DNA of 64,000 nucleotides from a virus (lineage: Duplodnaviria; Caudoviricetes): positions 1 through 64,000 of IMG/VR virus record IMGVR_UViG_2895374923_000003. One strand, given 5' to 3'. The notes under the pieces were generated by a model that worked only from the letters and a program-made list of their open reading frames with translations, was not told the origin of the DNA and did no database searches. Both the position numbers and the translations under genes were made by a program. Position 1 is the first letter of the stretch. The number at the start of each line of letters is the position of its first letter. This document shows positions 45,712 through 54,533 of the stretch, one piece after another.

Positions 45712-46013
45712 ACCGGCACAAGGCATCCCGTCAGCAGGAACAGCGCACCGCGGCCGTGTACGGCGGGAGCGTCAACGCCGGATCCGGCAACCAGCCCTTC
45801 CGCAAGAACGACGTGCGCACCGCCACCAAGTCCATCGAGTGCAAGACCACCAGCAAACGCTCCTACACGCTCAAGCTCGACGAACTCCTGGCCGCCGAAA
45901 CCCACGCCCTGCTCGACGGCCGGGCAATGCTCTTCGAGATTGAAATGGGCGGCCGGACCTGGGTGGTGATGGCACGCGAGGACTACCTGGCCGACCTGGA
46001 GGCGGTTGCGTAG
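45708..46013 (+). CDS. PD-(D/E)XK Holliday junction resolvase-like nuclease
   Basis: EQRTA...GSG...KNDV...IECKTT. Confidence 0.8.
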   Translation: MNRHKASRQQEQRTAAVYGGSVNAGSGNQPFRKNDVRTATKSIECKTTSKRSYTLKLDELLAAETHALLDGRAMLFEIEMGGRTWVVMAREDYLADLEAVA

Positions 46014-46408
46014 TGGTCCTCAAGCCCCGCACCCGCGCCCCCGACTGGAGCGCCAGCGGTAACCCCACCCGGGCCGCCAAGTGCCTGCCGTTTCGGCCCA
46101 ACCCCCGGCGCGACCCCTGGTTCGACCCCGCCCAGTACAGCGACGCCCTGGCCGTCTGCAACGGCGAAGCCGACGGCCTCGTCTGCCCCATGCGCCAGCA
46201 ATGCCTGGAGTTCGCCTGCATCAACAACGAGTCCATCGGCATCTGGGGCGGCCTGCCCCCACACGACCGGCGCGCACTGCGCTGGGAGCGCAAGGCCCAC
46301 CTGAAGAACCCCAAGACCCGAACAACACCGTGGGAGTGGACGTGGCACCCGCCAACCCAGCAGGAAAGCGCCGACCTCGAAGCGGAGGAAAGCCCCCTGC
46401 TGGCCTGA
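46013..46408 (+). CDS. whiB: WhiB-family Fe-S transcription factor
   Basis: C...AVC...CPMRQQC...GIWGG: four Cys plus GIWGG turn. Confidence 0.92.
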   Translation: MVLKPRTRAPDWSASGNPTRAAKCLPFRPNPRRDPWFDPAQYSDALAVCNGEADGLVCPMRQQCLEFACINNESIGIWGGLPPHDRRALRWERKAHLKNPKTRTTPWEWTWHPPTQQESADLEAEESPLLA

Positions 46409-47640
46409 AACTGACCGGCCGCCTGGCCGATCTGGGCGCCACCAAGAAGGAAGGCGGCCTGCTCGGCGACATCCAAGCCCACCTCATCGCCAAGGCCGAT
46501 GCCCCCTCCGACCGGCGCCAGGACATCATCCACCCCAGCGAGATGGCCTCGGCCGAATGGTGCCCCCGCCAGACCTTCTACCGCATCCGCGACGTGCGCC
46601 AGGGCACCCCCGTCACCGCGGACAAGCACGGCCTCGGCTTGCTGTCCATCTTCGAGGAGGGGCACAGCCTGCACGCCAAGTGGCAGAGCTGGATCCGGCA
46701 GATGGGCCGCCTGAAAGGCCGCTGGGACTGCCTGACCTGCCAACGCAAGGGCGTCGACTTCGGCGAGGACCCCATCTCCTGCCCCAAGTGCGACAGCGTC
46801 GTCGGCCTGGTCTACGGCGAGGTCCCCCTGGACGGGGAGAAGGAGCACCTGATCGCCGGGCACGCCGACGGCTGGGTGGGGGAGTCCTTCATTGAGATCA
46901 AGTCCATCGGCAAGGGCACCTTGCGCCTGGACGTGCCTGAGCTGGTGCGCGAGCACACCCACCCGACCACCGCGGGCAAGAAGCTGCTCGACCTGGACGG
47001 CATCTGGGCGGCCATCAAACGCCCCCTGGCGCCTCACGTCCGGCAGGCCAATATCTACCTGCACCTGGCCGCCCTGACGGGAATCCCGGTCAAGTCGATG
47101 ATCTTCATCTACGAGTTCAAAGCCAACCAGCAGACCCGCAGCTTCGAGATCAAGCCATCGCCGCGCATCCTCGAGCCCCTGCTGGCCAGAGCAGACGCCA
47201 TCCGCGACGCCATAGCCGGCGGGCCGCTGCCTGACCGCGCGCACCACGAACCCGACAAGAAGCCCTGCGCAAGCTGTGCCTGGGTGAAGGAGTGCTGGAA
47301 GGTTGAGGACGGTATCCCGCAGCCGGAACCTGACCACGGCCAAGGCCGAGGCGAGGATCCAGGCCCGGCAGGAGCGGGCGTACGCCGAGTTGCACGCACC
47401 CGACCGCCCGGCCGAGATGCCACCGGCCGTCCCGAACGACGTGACCGAGCTCGACGACCGGGAGCTGATGCGTCTGTTCGGCGAGATGACCCAGTGGGTC
47501 GGGTACTACGCCGGGCTACTGGCCAAGGCCCAGATCGCCGAGAAGTACGCCGACAGCATCCTGGAGATCCGCCGCGCCCAGGCCGTGATCGGCAAGCTGT
47601 CCAAGACCGTGACGGCAGCCAAGGCCGAGGCCGCCTCTGA
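46342..47640 (+). CDS. Cas4-like PD-(D/E)XK exonuclease with anomalous C-terminal run-on
   Basis: HPSE...CPRQ, GHSLH, GHADG, EIKS, QANIY, CASC...C; start inferred at GTG 46342 after GGAG; frame stays open 338 nt into next gene. Confidence 0.75.
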   Translation: MAPANPAGKRRPRSGGKPPAGLKLTGRLADLGATKKEGGLLGDIQAHLIAKADAPSDRRQDIIHPSEMASAEWCPRQTFYRIRDVRQGTPVTADKHGLGLLSIFEEGHSLHAKWQSWIRQMGRLKGRWDCLTCQRKGVDFGEDPISCPKCDSVVGLVYGEVPLDGEKEHLIAGHADGWVGESFIEIKSIGKGTLRLDVPELVREHTHPTTAGKKLLDLDGIWAAIKRPLAPHVRQANIYLHLAALTGIPVKSMIFIYEFKANQQTRSFEIKPSPRILEPLLARADAIRDAIAGGPLPDRAHHEPDKKPCASCAWVKECWKVEDGIPQPEPDHGQGRGEDPGPAGAGVRRVARTRPPGRDATGRPERRDRARRPGADASVRRDDPVGRVLRRATGQGPDRREVRRQHPGDPPRPGRDRQAVQDRDGSQGRGRL

Positions 47641-47812
47641 CCAGGACGTGGTCGACGCCCAGAACCACTGCCTGGACGCCTACGCCACCCGCAAGCAACA
47701 CCAGATCGGCTACGAGAACGCCGACCGGCTGAGCTCGTTCCTCTCGCGCGAGCTCACCCGCCGCACCGCCCGATCTGACCGCGACAGCCGAGCAGCCCGG
47801 TGGACGACCTAA
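47303..47812 (+). CDS. Coiled-coil protein, possibly UvsY-like recombination mediator
   Basis: TTG start after AAGGAG; helical; ends LSRELTRR; in recombination cluster. Confidence 0.55.
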   Translation: MRTVSRSRNLTTAKAEARIQARQERAYAELHAPDRPAEMPPAVPNDVTELDDRELMRLFGEMTQWVGYYAGLLAKAQIAEKYADSILEIRRAQAVIGKLSKTVTAAKAEAASDQDVVDAQNHCLDAYATRKQHQIGYENADRLSSFLSRELTRRTARSDRDSRAARWTT

Positions 47813-47905
47813 CAGCGCCGCGCCCAACCCGTTTGCGGCCGAGCCGTTACCAGCGGCTGAGCCACCGGCCGAGACATCCACCACCAACCACCAGGAGAAA
47901 CCACC

Positions 47906-48586
47906 ATGCGAGTCACCCTGCTGAGCTCAAGTAGGGCCAGCAACGAAGTGCTCGTCCGGGTCGCCCACCCCGACGAGCGTGACACCGACGCGGACCTGAT
48001 CGCCGAGTACGCCGGGCGCATCTGCTACCAGAGCTGGCACAAACCCAACCCGGCCACCCGCCGCAACACCGACTACCTGGCCAACATCCTCGAGCAGGGC
48101 CACCACAGCGTCCTGGAGCACACCCACGCGGCCTTCCTCATCGAGGGCGTGTCCCGGCACCTGCTCGGCGAACTCACCCGCCACCGGCACGCCGGATTCT
48201 CCGTCGAGTCGCTGCGCTACTGCCCGCCCCGCGACTACACCCTCCACCCCACCCTGGCCGAGCAGGAGAACCCCATGATCCGCCGGGTCCTCCAGGAGTC
48301 CTGGCGCACCGCGAGCGACCACTACGACTGGCTCTACAAGTACCTGATCGCCTCCGGCTACAAGATCAAGGAAGCCCGCGAGGCAGCCGCCCAGGTGCTG
48401 CCCCTGAACACCAGCACCGACCTGGTCGCCTCGGCGAACTTCCGCGGCTGGCGCGACCTGCTGAGCAAGCGGCTCGACCTCACGGCCAACCGCGAGATCC
48501 GTCGGCTCGCCGAGCGCCTGCTGGCCGAGCTCCGCACCCTCGCCCCGAACTCCGTCCAAGACATCACGCTGAAGGAGCAGGCGTGA
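47906..48586 (+). CDS. thyX: FAD-dependent thymidylate synthase
   Basis: GHHSVLEH, SR...ELTRHRHAGFSVESLRY, EAAAQVLP, NFRGW. Confidence 0.95.
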   Translation: MRVTLLSSSRASNEVLVRVAHPDERDTDADLIAEYAGRICYQSWHKPNPATRRNTDYLANILEQGHHSVLEHTHAAFLIEGVSRHLLGELTRHRHAGFSVESLRYCPPRDYTLHPTLAEQENPMIRRVLQESWRTASDHYDWLYKYLIASGYKIKEAREAAAQVLPLNTSTDLVASANFRGWRDLLSKRLDLTANREIRRLAERLLAELRTLAPNSVQDITLKEQA

Positions 48587-48714
48587 ACAGCTACCTCGAC
48601 ACCCTCCTACACGGCCTGATCTTCGGCGTCACCGTCGCCGTGATCGCTGGCCTGCTCGCCCCCATCTCCGTCATCGTCATGAACGCCTACCTGCGATGGA
48701 AGGCCCGCCGATGA
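48583..48714 (+). CDS. 43-aa membrane peptide (not in track)
   Basis: GTGA and ATGA overlaps at both ends; hydrophobic core. Confidence 0.6.
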   Translation: MNSYLDTLLHGLIFGVTVAVIAGLLAPISVIVMNAYLRWKARR

Positions 48715-48848
48715 CCGAGATCCTCATCGCGGTCATCGCAGCCGCCGCGCTGTTTGCCACCTACCGGTTCGGACACGCCATGGGCCACGCCGACGCCACC
48801 ATCGACCTCGCCCTGGCCTCCCTGCGCGAGCTGGAGGAGCGCCAGTGA
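48711..48848 (+). CDS. 45-aa membrane-anchored peptide (not in track)
   Basis: ILIAVIAAAALFATY; overlaps at both ends. Confidence 0.6.
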   Translation: MTEILIAVIAAAALFATYRFGHAMGHADATIDLALASLRELEERQ

Positions 48849-49411
48849 AGCTGATCATCGGCCTGCACGGCTTCGCCCAGTCAGGCAAGGACACCTTCGC
48901 CGACGCCCTCGTCCGAAACTACGACTTCCGCAAGGTGGCCTTCGCCGACCCCGTGCGTGAGCTGCTGGCTGAGCAGAATCCCGTCGCCCTGTTCGAGGAC
49001 GGCCACCCCGTACGGCTGCGCGAGCTGGTCGACCGGTTCGGCTGGGACGAGGCCAAGCAGATCTACCCCCCGGTGCGCGAACTGCTCCAGTCGACCGGCA
49101 TGAGTGTGCGCCAGGTGCTGGGAGCGCGCACCTGGATCGACGAGGCGTTCCGCCGGGCCGAGGGCGCCGACCGCGTGGTCTTCTCTGACGTGCGCATGAC
49201 CAACGAGGCCGCCCTGCTGCGCGACCTGTACGGCGCCACCCTGGTCAAGGTCGAACGGCCCGGCGTCGGCCCGGTCAACGACCACATCAGCGACGCCGGA
49301 CTGCCCGAGCCGCTGTTCGACTGGCGCATCACCAACTCCAGCACCATCGCTGACCTGATCGCCCAGGCCGACATGCTCATCCACCGCCTGACCATCCGGA
49401 GAACCCGCTGA
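48845..49411 (+). CDS. Deoxynucleoside monophosphate kinase (T4 gp1-like)
   Basis: IGLHGFAQSGKDT, AFADPVR, RELLQSTG, VVFSDVR. Confidence 0.9.
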   Translation: MKLIIGLHGFAQSGKDTFADALVRNYDFRKVAFADPVRELLAEQNPVALFEDGHPVRLRELVDRFGWDEAKQIYPPVRELLQSTGMSVRQVLGARTWIDEAFRRAEGADRVVFSDVRMTNEAALLRDLYGATLVKVERPGVGPVNDHISDAGLPEPLFDWRITNSSTIADLIAQADMLIHRLTIRRTR

Positions 49412-49629
49412 TGAGCGCGCCCACCATCACCGACATCTTCGCCATGGGCGGCCGACTGTACGCCTCCCGCCGCGCCCTGAACTGCGCCATCACCGCCGAC
49501 TACGGCCGCCCCCCGTACAGCTACACCGTCCGGCCGACCGTCTACCAGGCGTTCGGCAACGTCAACGGCGAGATCGAGTGGGGCGAGGTCACGGAAGAGT
49601 TCGCCCGCCCGGCAGGGGAGGGGGCGTGA
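49411..49629 (+). CDS. Hypothetical protein
   Basis: 72 aa, TGATG overlaps. Confidence 0.65.
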   Translation: MSAPTITDIFAMGGRLYASRRALNCAITADYGRPPYSYTVRPTVYQAFGNVNGEIEWGEVTEEFARPAGEGA

Positions 49630-50207
49630 TGCAGCTCGCCCTGCCCGGCATGCCCGAACCCGAGCCGCTGTTTGTCGGGCTGGACCAGTCCTATACCGGC
49701 TTTGGGCTGATCGTCCTCGGCCCGGACACCGGCATCGTCAAAGCCATCACCGGCACCTGGCCCGCCAAGAAGCACGGCAGCGGCGTGATGCGGCTGCTGG
49801 AGATCTACCACTGGCTGTGGAAGGAACTGTCGCCCTACCGCGACCGCATCGAGCACGTGGTCATGGAGGGCTACGCGTATGAGGCCCGGTTCGGGCGCGA
49901 GCAGGCCGGCGAACTCGGCGCCACCGTCAAGCTGGCCTTGGCCGAGGCCCTTCCCGACCCGATCCGCTACCCGACGATCGTCCCGCCGCCCCAGCTCAAG
50001 CAGTTCGCCACAGGCAGGGGCAACGCCAGCAAAGACGACATGATCACGGCCGCAGCGCAGCACGGGTTCGTGACCAAGAACCACAATCTCGCCGACGCCT
50101 ACCTGTGTGCCCGGCTCGCCCACCTGGCCGTCGCTGGCACCACCAATCCCGCCCAGGAAAGCGTGCTGAGAAAGCTCACACTCCTCACCGAACGGCACGC
50201 CGCCTGA
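49629..50207 (+). CDS. ruvC: RuvC-like Holliday junction resolvase
   Basis: VGLDQSYTGFG, VVMEG, LKQFATGRGNASKD, NLADA. Confidence 0.9.
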   Translation: MQLALPGMPEPEPLFVGLDQSYTGFGLIVLGPDTGIVKAITGTWPAKKHGSGVMRLLEIYHWLWKELSPYRDRIEHVVMEGYAYEARFGREQAGELGATVKLALAEALPDPIRYPTIVPPPQLKQFATGRGNASKDDMITAAAQHGFVTKNHNLADAYLCARLAHLAVAGTTNPAQESVLRKLTLLTERHAA

Positions 50208-50339
50208 CCGATGAGATACCAGTCGCCCCGCCCGGAACAATCCGTGCGGGGCGACTTCGTATTAACAAAAGAAAAACCGCCGAATCTACCCTGGAAGGAA
50301 GATTCCCAACACGGAGCATTTCCCTTTCAGGAGCCCTAT

Positions 50340-50624
50340 ATGAGCCTGCCCGACGACAACGAGGTGCTGCTGCGCGTCGCCTCGACCACCAGCTCTTCCT
50401 CCCTGGCCGCCACCATCAGCCACGCCGTCTACGACGGCAAACGCGTCTGGCTGCGGGCCATCGGAGCGGGCGCGGTGAACCAGAGCGTCAAGGCCCTGGC
50501 CATCGCCTGCGGATTTGTCGGCTCGCGCGGCTACTCCCTGTCGTTTCGCCCGTCATTCGAGACGGTGAAACTCGCCGACGGGTCACCCACGGCCATCAAC
50601 ATCCGCGTCATCGCCGAACGCTGA
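50340..50624 (+). CDS. spoVS: Stage V sporulation protein S homolog
   Basis: LRVA...LAATI...LRAIGAGAVNQSVKALAIACGF...F...TAI closely follows B. subtilis SpoVS (AIGAGALNQAVKAVAIARGF) as recalled. Confidence 0.88.
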   Translation: MSLPDDNEVLLRVASTTSSSSLAATISHAVYDGKRVWLRAIGAGAVNQSVKALAIACGFVGSRGYSLSFRPSFETVKLADGSPTAINIRVIAER

Positions 50625-50692
50625 ATTAATTTCCGGGCGGCCAGAAAATCTACACTGGAAAAGCGGACGAACCAAAAAGGAAAGGCGGATTC

Positions 50693-50947
50693 GTGGACGG
50701 TTCCAGAAACGGCGGATTCGCAGACTCCGCCCGCGCGGCCACCATGACCCGCTTCTACTCCCGGCAGGTCGGCGCCGGGCGCGCAGGCCATCGTCGGCGC
50801 TCGGTGCTGGAGCCGTACGCCGCCAGCCCCAACGGCCACTCGCCCTCCGACGCCCAGCGCATGCTGCCCAGCGGCGATGTCCTGCCCTCCGTCAACGGCG
50901 TGTCCGCAGAGACCTACGACCGGCGCACCTGGCTGGGCGCGTCCTGA
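50693..50947 (+). CDS. Hypothetical protein
   Basis: 84 aa after AT-rich gap, GGAAAGG RBS. Confidence 0.55.
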   Translation: MDGSRNGGFADSARAATMTRFYSRQVGAGRAGHRRRSVLEPYAASPNGHSPSDAQRMLPSGDVLPSVNGVSAETYDRRTWLGAS

Positions 50948-50961
50948 CCCGAGGAGAGTCC

Positions 50962-51276
50962 GTGAAGGACAAGACGACCACCACCTTCCCCACCATGGGC
51001 ACGCAGGCGTCGACGTTCGTCAACCGCTCGGCCGAACGCGGCCCCACCCAGACCAGCGTCCTCAAGAGCGGCAACGCCAAGGGCGGCATGATCGAGGCCG
51101 TCCTGCACGGCTACCGCCAGCAGATCCCCGAGCGGCTCGGCCACAAGGGCGCCGTCCAGGCCACCTACGTCTACCCCAACGCTGAGGAGTCGGCCGCCAC
51201 CGGCCGCAACGTCTACACCGTCCCGTCCAAGGCCGGACTCGGCGACTTCTACCTGCACCAGAACCGGGGAGCCTGA
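50962..51276 (+). CDS. Hypothetical protein
   Basis: 104 aa, GAGGAG RBS, high GC3. Confidence 0.7.
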   Translation: MKDKTTTTFPTMGTQASTFVNRSAERGPTQTSVLKSGNAKGGMIEAVLHGYRQQIPERLGHKGAVQATYVYPNAEESAATGRNVYTVPSKAGLGDFYLHQNRGA

Positions 51277-51277
51277 C

Positions 51278-51481
51278 ATGCCCGGACCCCTGCTGGCTGC
51301 CATCCCGGCCGTCCTGGGCACGGTCGCCCGGGCCGCCGGGCCCCAGCTCCTGCGCGCGGCGGCTGGCGCGGCAGCCCGCGGCGCCGTCAGCAAGAGCGCT
51401 CAGTTCGCCGAGTCGGCGATGAACCACAGCGCGGCTGCCCTGCACACCCAGCCCCCCGCCCCTGACGTTCAGGGGCCGTAG
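51278..51481 (+). CDS. Ala-rich amphipathic small protein
   Basis: 67 aa, GGGAG RBS. Confidence 0.6.
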   Translation: MPGPLLAAIPAVLGTVARAAGPQLLRAAAGAAARGAVSKSAQFAESAMNHSAAALHTQPPAPDVQGP

Positions 51482-51999
51482 TGCCCTGGTCCTACAACAC
51501 CTTCGTCGCCCAGCCCGGCGGCACCACCACGGGCGGAGGCGGCGGAGCCGGGACCGGCTACCGCGACCTGCTCGACGCCAAGCGCTCGGGCCGCGTCCCC
51601 GCCATCCCCTCAGCCCAGTACCCCGACGGCTACCTCGGCACGATCGCCTCACGCCGCGAGGACCGGCTGCTCAACTCCGTCAAGGCCAAGCTCAACCAGC
51701 GCTCCTACCAGCGCGGGGTCCACAAGGGCGAGCGCGTCGCGCCCGCGGACTACTTCTGGACCGCCGAGGTCAACCCCCAAGCCGGCCTCCAGGCTCAGGC
51801 CCGCGGCACCAAGTGGACCGCCAAGGGAGACGCCGTCGAGCGGCTCGCCCACGGCGGCAAGAACGCCCTGGTCAGCCCCGAGGAACTCGGCCGCCTGGCC
51901 GCCCAGTACGGCGTGCAGGTCACCGACCCGGCCGCCCGCCGCGAATCAAACCCCCAGTTCGCCGAGCAGATGCGCCGCCATCTGCCCACCTGGAAGTAG
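51481..51999 (+). CDS. Hypothetical protein
   Basis: 172 aa, TAGTG overlap, high GC3. Confidence 0.7.
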   Translation: MPWSYNTFVAQPGGTTTGGGGGAGTGYRDLLDAKRSGRVPAIPSAQYPDGYLGTIASRREDRLLNSVKAKLNQRSYQRGVHKGERVAPADYFWTAEVNPQAGLQAQARGTKWTAKGDAVERLAHGGKNALVSPEELGRLAAQYGVQVTDPAARRESNPQFAEQMRRHLPTWK

Positions 52000-52002
52000 A
52001 GC

Positions 52003-53556
52003 ATGCCCCCCAAGAAGAAGGGTCCGGCCGACCCCAACCTCAACCCGATCACCGGCCAGCCCGCCAACACATTCACCGCCACCACCGGGCGCGAACTGTC
52101 CCGCGCGGTCAACGCCAAGCAGTTCGAGGGTCCCGCAGCCGACGCCACCCGGATGCGCCGTCTGCACCGCGAGGTCACCGCCCCCGGCGGCAGCGCTGAC
52201 GCCCAGCTCGGCTACCGGCGGCCAGAGGGCATGTCCCACGGCGATTTCACCTGGCTGGCCGGTGGCCACCGCATGTTTCCCAACACCGCGGCCGAGCGCG
52301 GCAGCCCCGCGATCAACCAGCCGCACGAGCATCACCCCGAGATCACCGTGCAGCGGCGGGCCGAGGACCTGACGGGCCCGGAGTACCGCAAGGGCGAGGC
52401 GGTGCTGGCGCACTACGGCCACGACCCGAGGAACCCGGTCGGCTCCCTGGAGAAGACCCATCACCAGGCACTTGACCGGGTCATGGCCGAGCACATCCAG
52501 GCGGGCGTGAACGAGTCCGGCTCCCAGATGTTCTACGGCGGCAGGCCCACCACCCGCCTTCCCGACGCTGACCTGCAAAAGCGTCACGATGAGAGCATGA
52601 TGTCGGCCTACGGCCGCCTCGAACAGGCCCATCACAACGTGATGAGCCACCAGCAGTTCGCGGACAACCCGGTCATGGCTCGCGCGGTGACCAACCAGGC
52701 CGTGGCCGACACATCTCCGAACTCCAAGTGGCGCTCGAAGGACTCATGGCCCAACATCGAGCAGGCCGAAGAGGCAGTGAGCGCAGCGGTCGAAGGCCGC
52801 GACCCGAGGTTCATCTCCGGCCGCAAGCAGAACAACTACAAGGTGGTCGAGCGCACTCTGCACAGCCTGTCCACCGGAGACCCGTCGACCCATCACTACG
52901 GCGACCCGTACTCCGCGGCCAAGACGATCGCCTTCCGCGGCGCGCTGGCCGACAAGGACCACGCCGACGCCTACAAGGTCAGCGACATCCATGAGGCGTC
53001 CGTCGTCGCGCCGGGCCTGCCCACCAGCAAGTCGAAGATGTACACCGGCGCCGACGGTAAGAAGTTCCCGTACTACGCCGACCAGCCCGTCTCGGCGGTC
53101 AGGGGCGCGACCCCGGTCATCAAGACCACCGTGAGCGAGAAGACCGGGAAGGTCACCGAGAAGCACGACACCGGCAACAGCCGCCCCGAGCAGATGCTGT
53201 CGGACGGCAAGAGCTACGTCCACGCCCTCAACGACTACGCCACCCGCCGGGTGGCCGCCGAGCGCGGCCTCAGCCGCGGCGTCAACTACGCCGACAACGC
53301 CCACACCATCCAGGCCGCCGCCTGGGGCAGCCAGCAGATGCGCCGCGCAGACGTGATGGTCAGCCACGCCGACCAGTACCCGGTCGTGCGTGACTGGGCC
53401 TCAGAAGGCGCGCAGTCACTGAGTCCGGAATGGTCGTCCCACTTCGGGGAGCACTCCGGAATGCACCTGGGGGCACAGTTCCGGCCGAACCCGAACACGA
53501 AGATCAACACCAATCCGAGCAAGGACAAGCCCTACCCGGTCATGCCGGGCGACTAG
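52003..53556 (+). CDS. Hypothetical His/Arg-rich protein
   Basis: 517 aa, coding-like codon usage, no family recognised. Confidence 0.75.
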   Translation: MPPKKKGPADPNLNPITGQPANTFTATTGRELSRAVNAKQFEGPAADATRMRRLHREVTAPGGSADAQLGYRRPEGMSHGDFTWLAGGHRMFPNTAAERGSPAINQPHEHHPEITVQRRAEDLTGPEYRKGEAVLAHYGHDPRNPVGSLEKTHHQALDRVMAEHIQAGVNESGSQMFYGGRPTTRLPDADLQKRHDESMMSAYGRLEQAHHNVMSHQQFADNPVMARAVTNQAVADTSPNSKWRSKDSWPNIEQAEEAVSAAVEGRDPRFISGRKQNNYKVVERTLHSLSTGDPSTHHYGDPYSAAKTIAFRGALADKDHADAYKVSDIHEASVVAPGLPTSKSKMYTGADGKKFPYYADQPVSAVRGATPVIKTTVSEKTGKVTEKHDTGNSRPEQMLSDGKSYVHALNDYATRRVAAERGLSRGVNYADNAHTIQAAAWGSQQMRRADVMVSHADQYPVVRDWASEGAQSLSPEWSSHFGEHSGMHLGAQFRPNPNTKINTNPSKDKPYPVMPGD

Positions 53557-53720
53557 ATGTAGTCGCGCTCGCCGTAGTAGAACTCGGCGTCCTCCTCGGA
53601 ACCGCCCCGTTCCAAGAACTCCTCCCGGGTCATGTCCCCGGGTTCCAGCGACGTCCCAGGGCTGTCCAGTTCCGGCCCATCGAGCTCGGAGTCGAACTCC
53701 TCGCTGCTGCTCTCGCTCAT
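53553..53720 (-). CDS. 55-aa highly acidic protein (not in track)
   Basis: MSESSSEEFDSELDGPELDSPGTSLEPGDMTREEFLERGGSEEDAEFYYGERDYI; stop overlaps convergent stop in CTAG. Confidence 0.6.
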   Translation of the reverse strand: MSESSSEEFDSELDGPELDSPGTSLEPGDMTREEFLERGGSEEDAEFYYGERDYI

Positions 53721-53751
53721 GCCCGCATGCTACCGGAAAGGTGTTCGATTA

Positions 53752-54015
53752 GTGCCCGCTGGACCCTGGGCGTCGCTGCCCGAAAACCTCGTGAGTGACC
53801 GCCTGGACGAGCTGATGAACGCCTCGGCGCAGGCGATGAACGCCATCAGGCCACCGATCCCCAACATCGGCCGGGTCGCCCCCCGCTACGGCCTGGGCAA
53901 GCACGTCATCGAGGTGGCCGACGTCGTCCGCCTGGACGAGCTCTACCCCGGCCCCAAAGCAGACCCGCTGTCGGCCCGGCCTGGTTACTCGGGGACCGAA
54001 CATTACCATTTGTGA
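53752..54015 (+). CDS. Hypothetical protein
   Basis: GTG 53752 after GGAAAGG; 87 aa. Confidence 0.6.
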   Translation: MPAGPWASLPENLVSDRLDELMNASAQAMNAIRPPIPNIGRVAPRYGLGKHVIEVADVVRLDELYPGPKADPLSARPGYSGTEHYHL

Positions 54016-54072
54016 CGCCATTTTAAATACGCTGGGAAATGTCCACGTCGGAATTATCCAGGAAGGGCGCAC

Positions 54073-54237
54073 ATGGGCACTCGAAAGCCGATGGCAGCGA
54101 CCGACCGGCGCCGTGGCGGAATTGGCGACAACGTGCGTTTCACCGTCCCGAAGGACACCGACGGCGCCGGGCCTCCGCTCGCGGAGATATTCAACGACCG
54201 GCGCAAGCCCAACGGAACCGGAAAGCGAATCGCCTAA
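54073..54237 (+). CDS. 54-aa basic protein (not in track)
   Basis: GGAAGG RBS; stop TAA abuts next ATG. Confidence 0.55.
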   Translation: MGTRKPMAATDRRRGGIGDNVRFTVPKDTDGAGPPLAEIFNDRRKPNGTGKRIA

Positions 54238-54408
54238 ATGGCCTACCCCACCTCCCGCAGCATGAGCGCCGAACTGGCCGAGGGCATCACCGACGGCGCC
54301 GTCCGCAAGCCCGCCCCCGATCGGGGCGGTCTTGGCCACAGCCCCGCCAACGCCTACCCCGGCCACGTCATGACCGGCGTGATCGGCCCGAAGGGCGGCC
54401 TGGCATGA
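54238..54408 (+). CDS. 56-aa protein (not in track)
   Basis: MAYPTSRSMSAELAEG...; ATGA overlap with next gene. Confidence 0.6.
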   Translation: MAYPTSRSMSAELAEGITDGAVRKPAPDRGGLGHSPANAYPGHVMTGVIGPKGGLA

Positions 54409-54533
54409 GCGAGCTCGACCACTCCCCGCGGCCCCTGGCCCCGCAGAACAAGGCGGCCGTCACCCCCGAGGACGGTGAGCAGGACGGCGAGATCCTGGAC
54501 CTGCCCGTCTACGACGGCGGGAGCGGCTGGTGA
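54405..54533 (+). CDS. 42-aa acidic peptide
   Basis: ATGA and GTGA overlaps at both ends. Confidence 0.55.
   Translation: MSELDHSPRPLAPQNKAAVTPEDGEQDGEILDLPVYDGGSGW

Noticed and set aside
46342-47300. CRISPR-Cas locus
   Set aside because: Solo Cas4-like nuclease in a recombination cluster; no cas1/cas2 and no repeat-spacer array seen.
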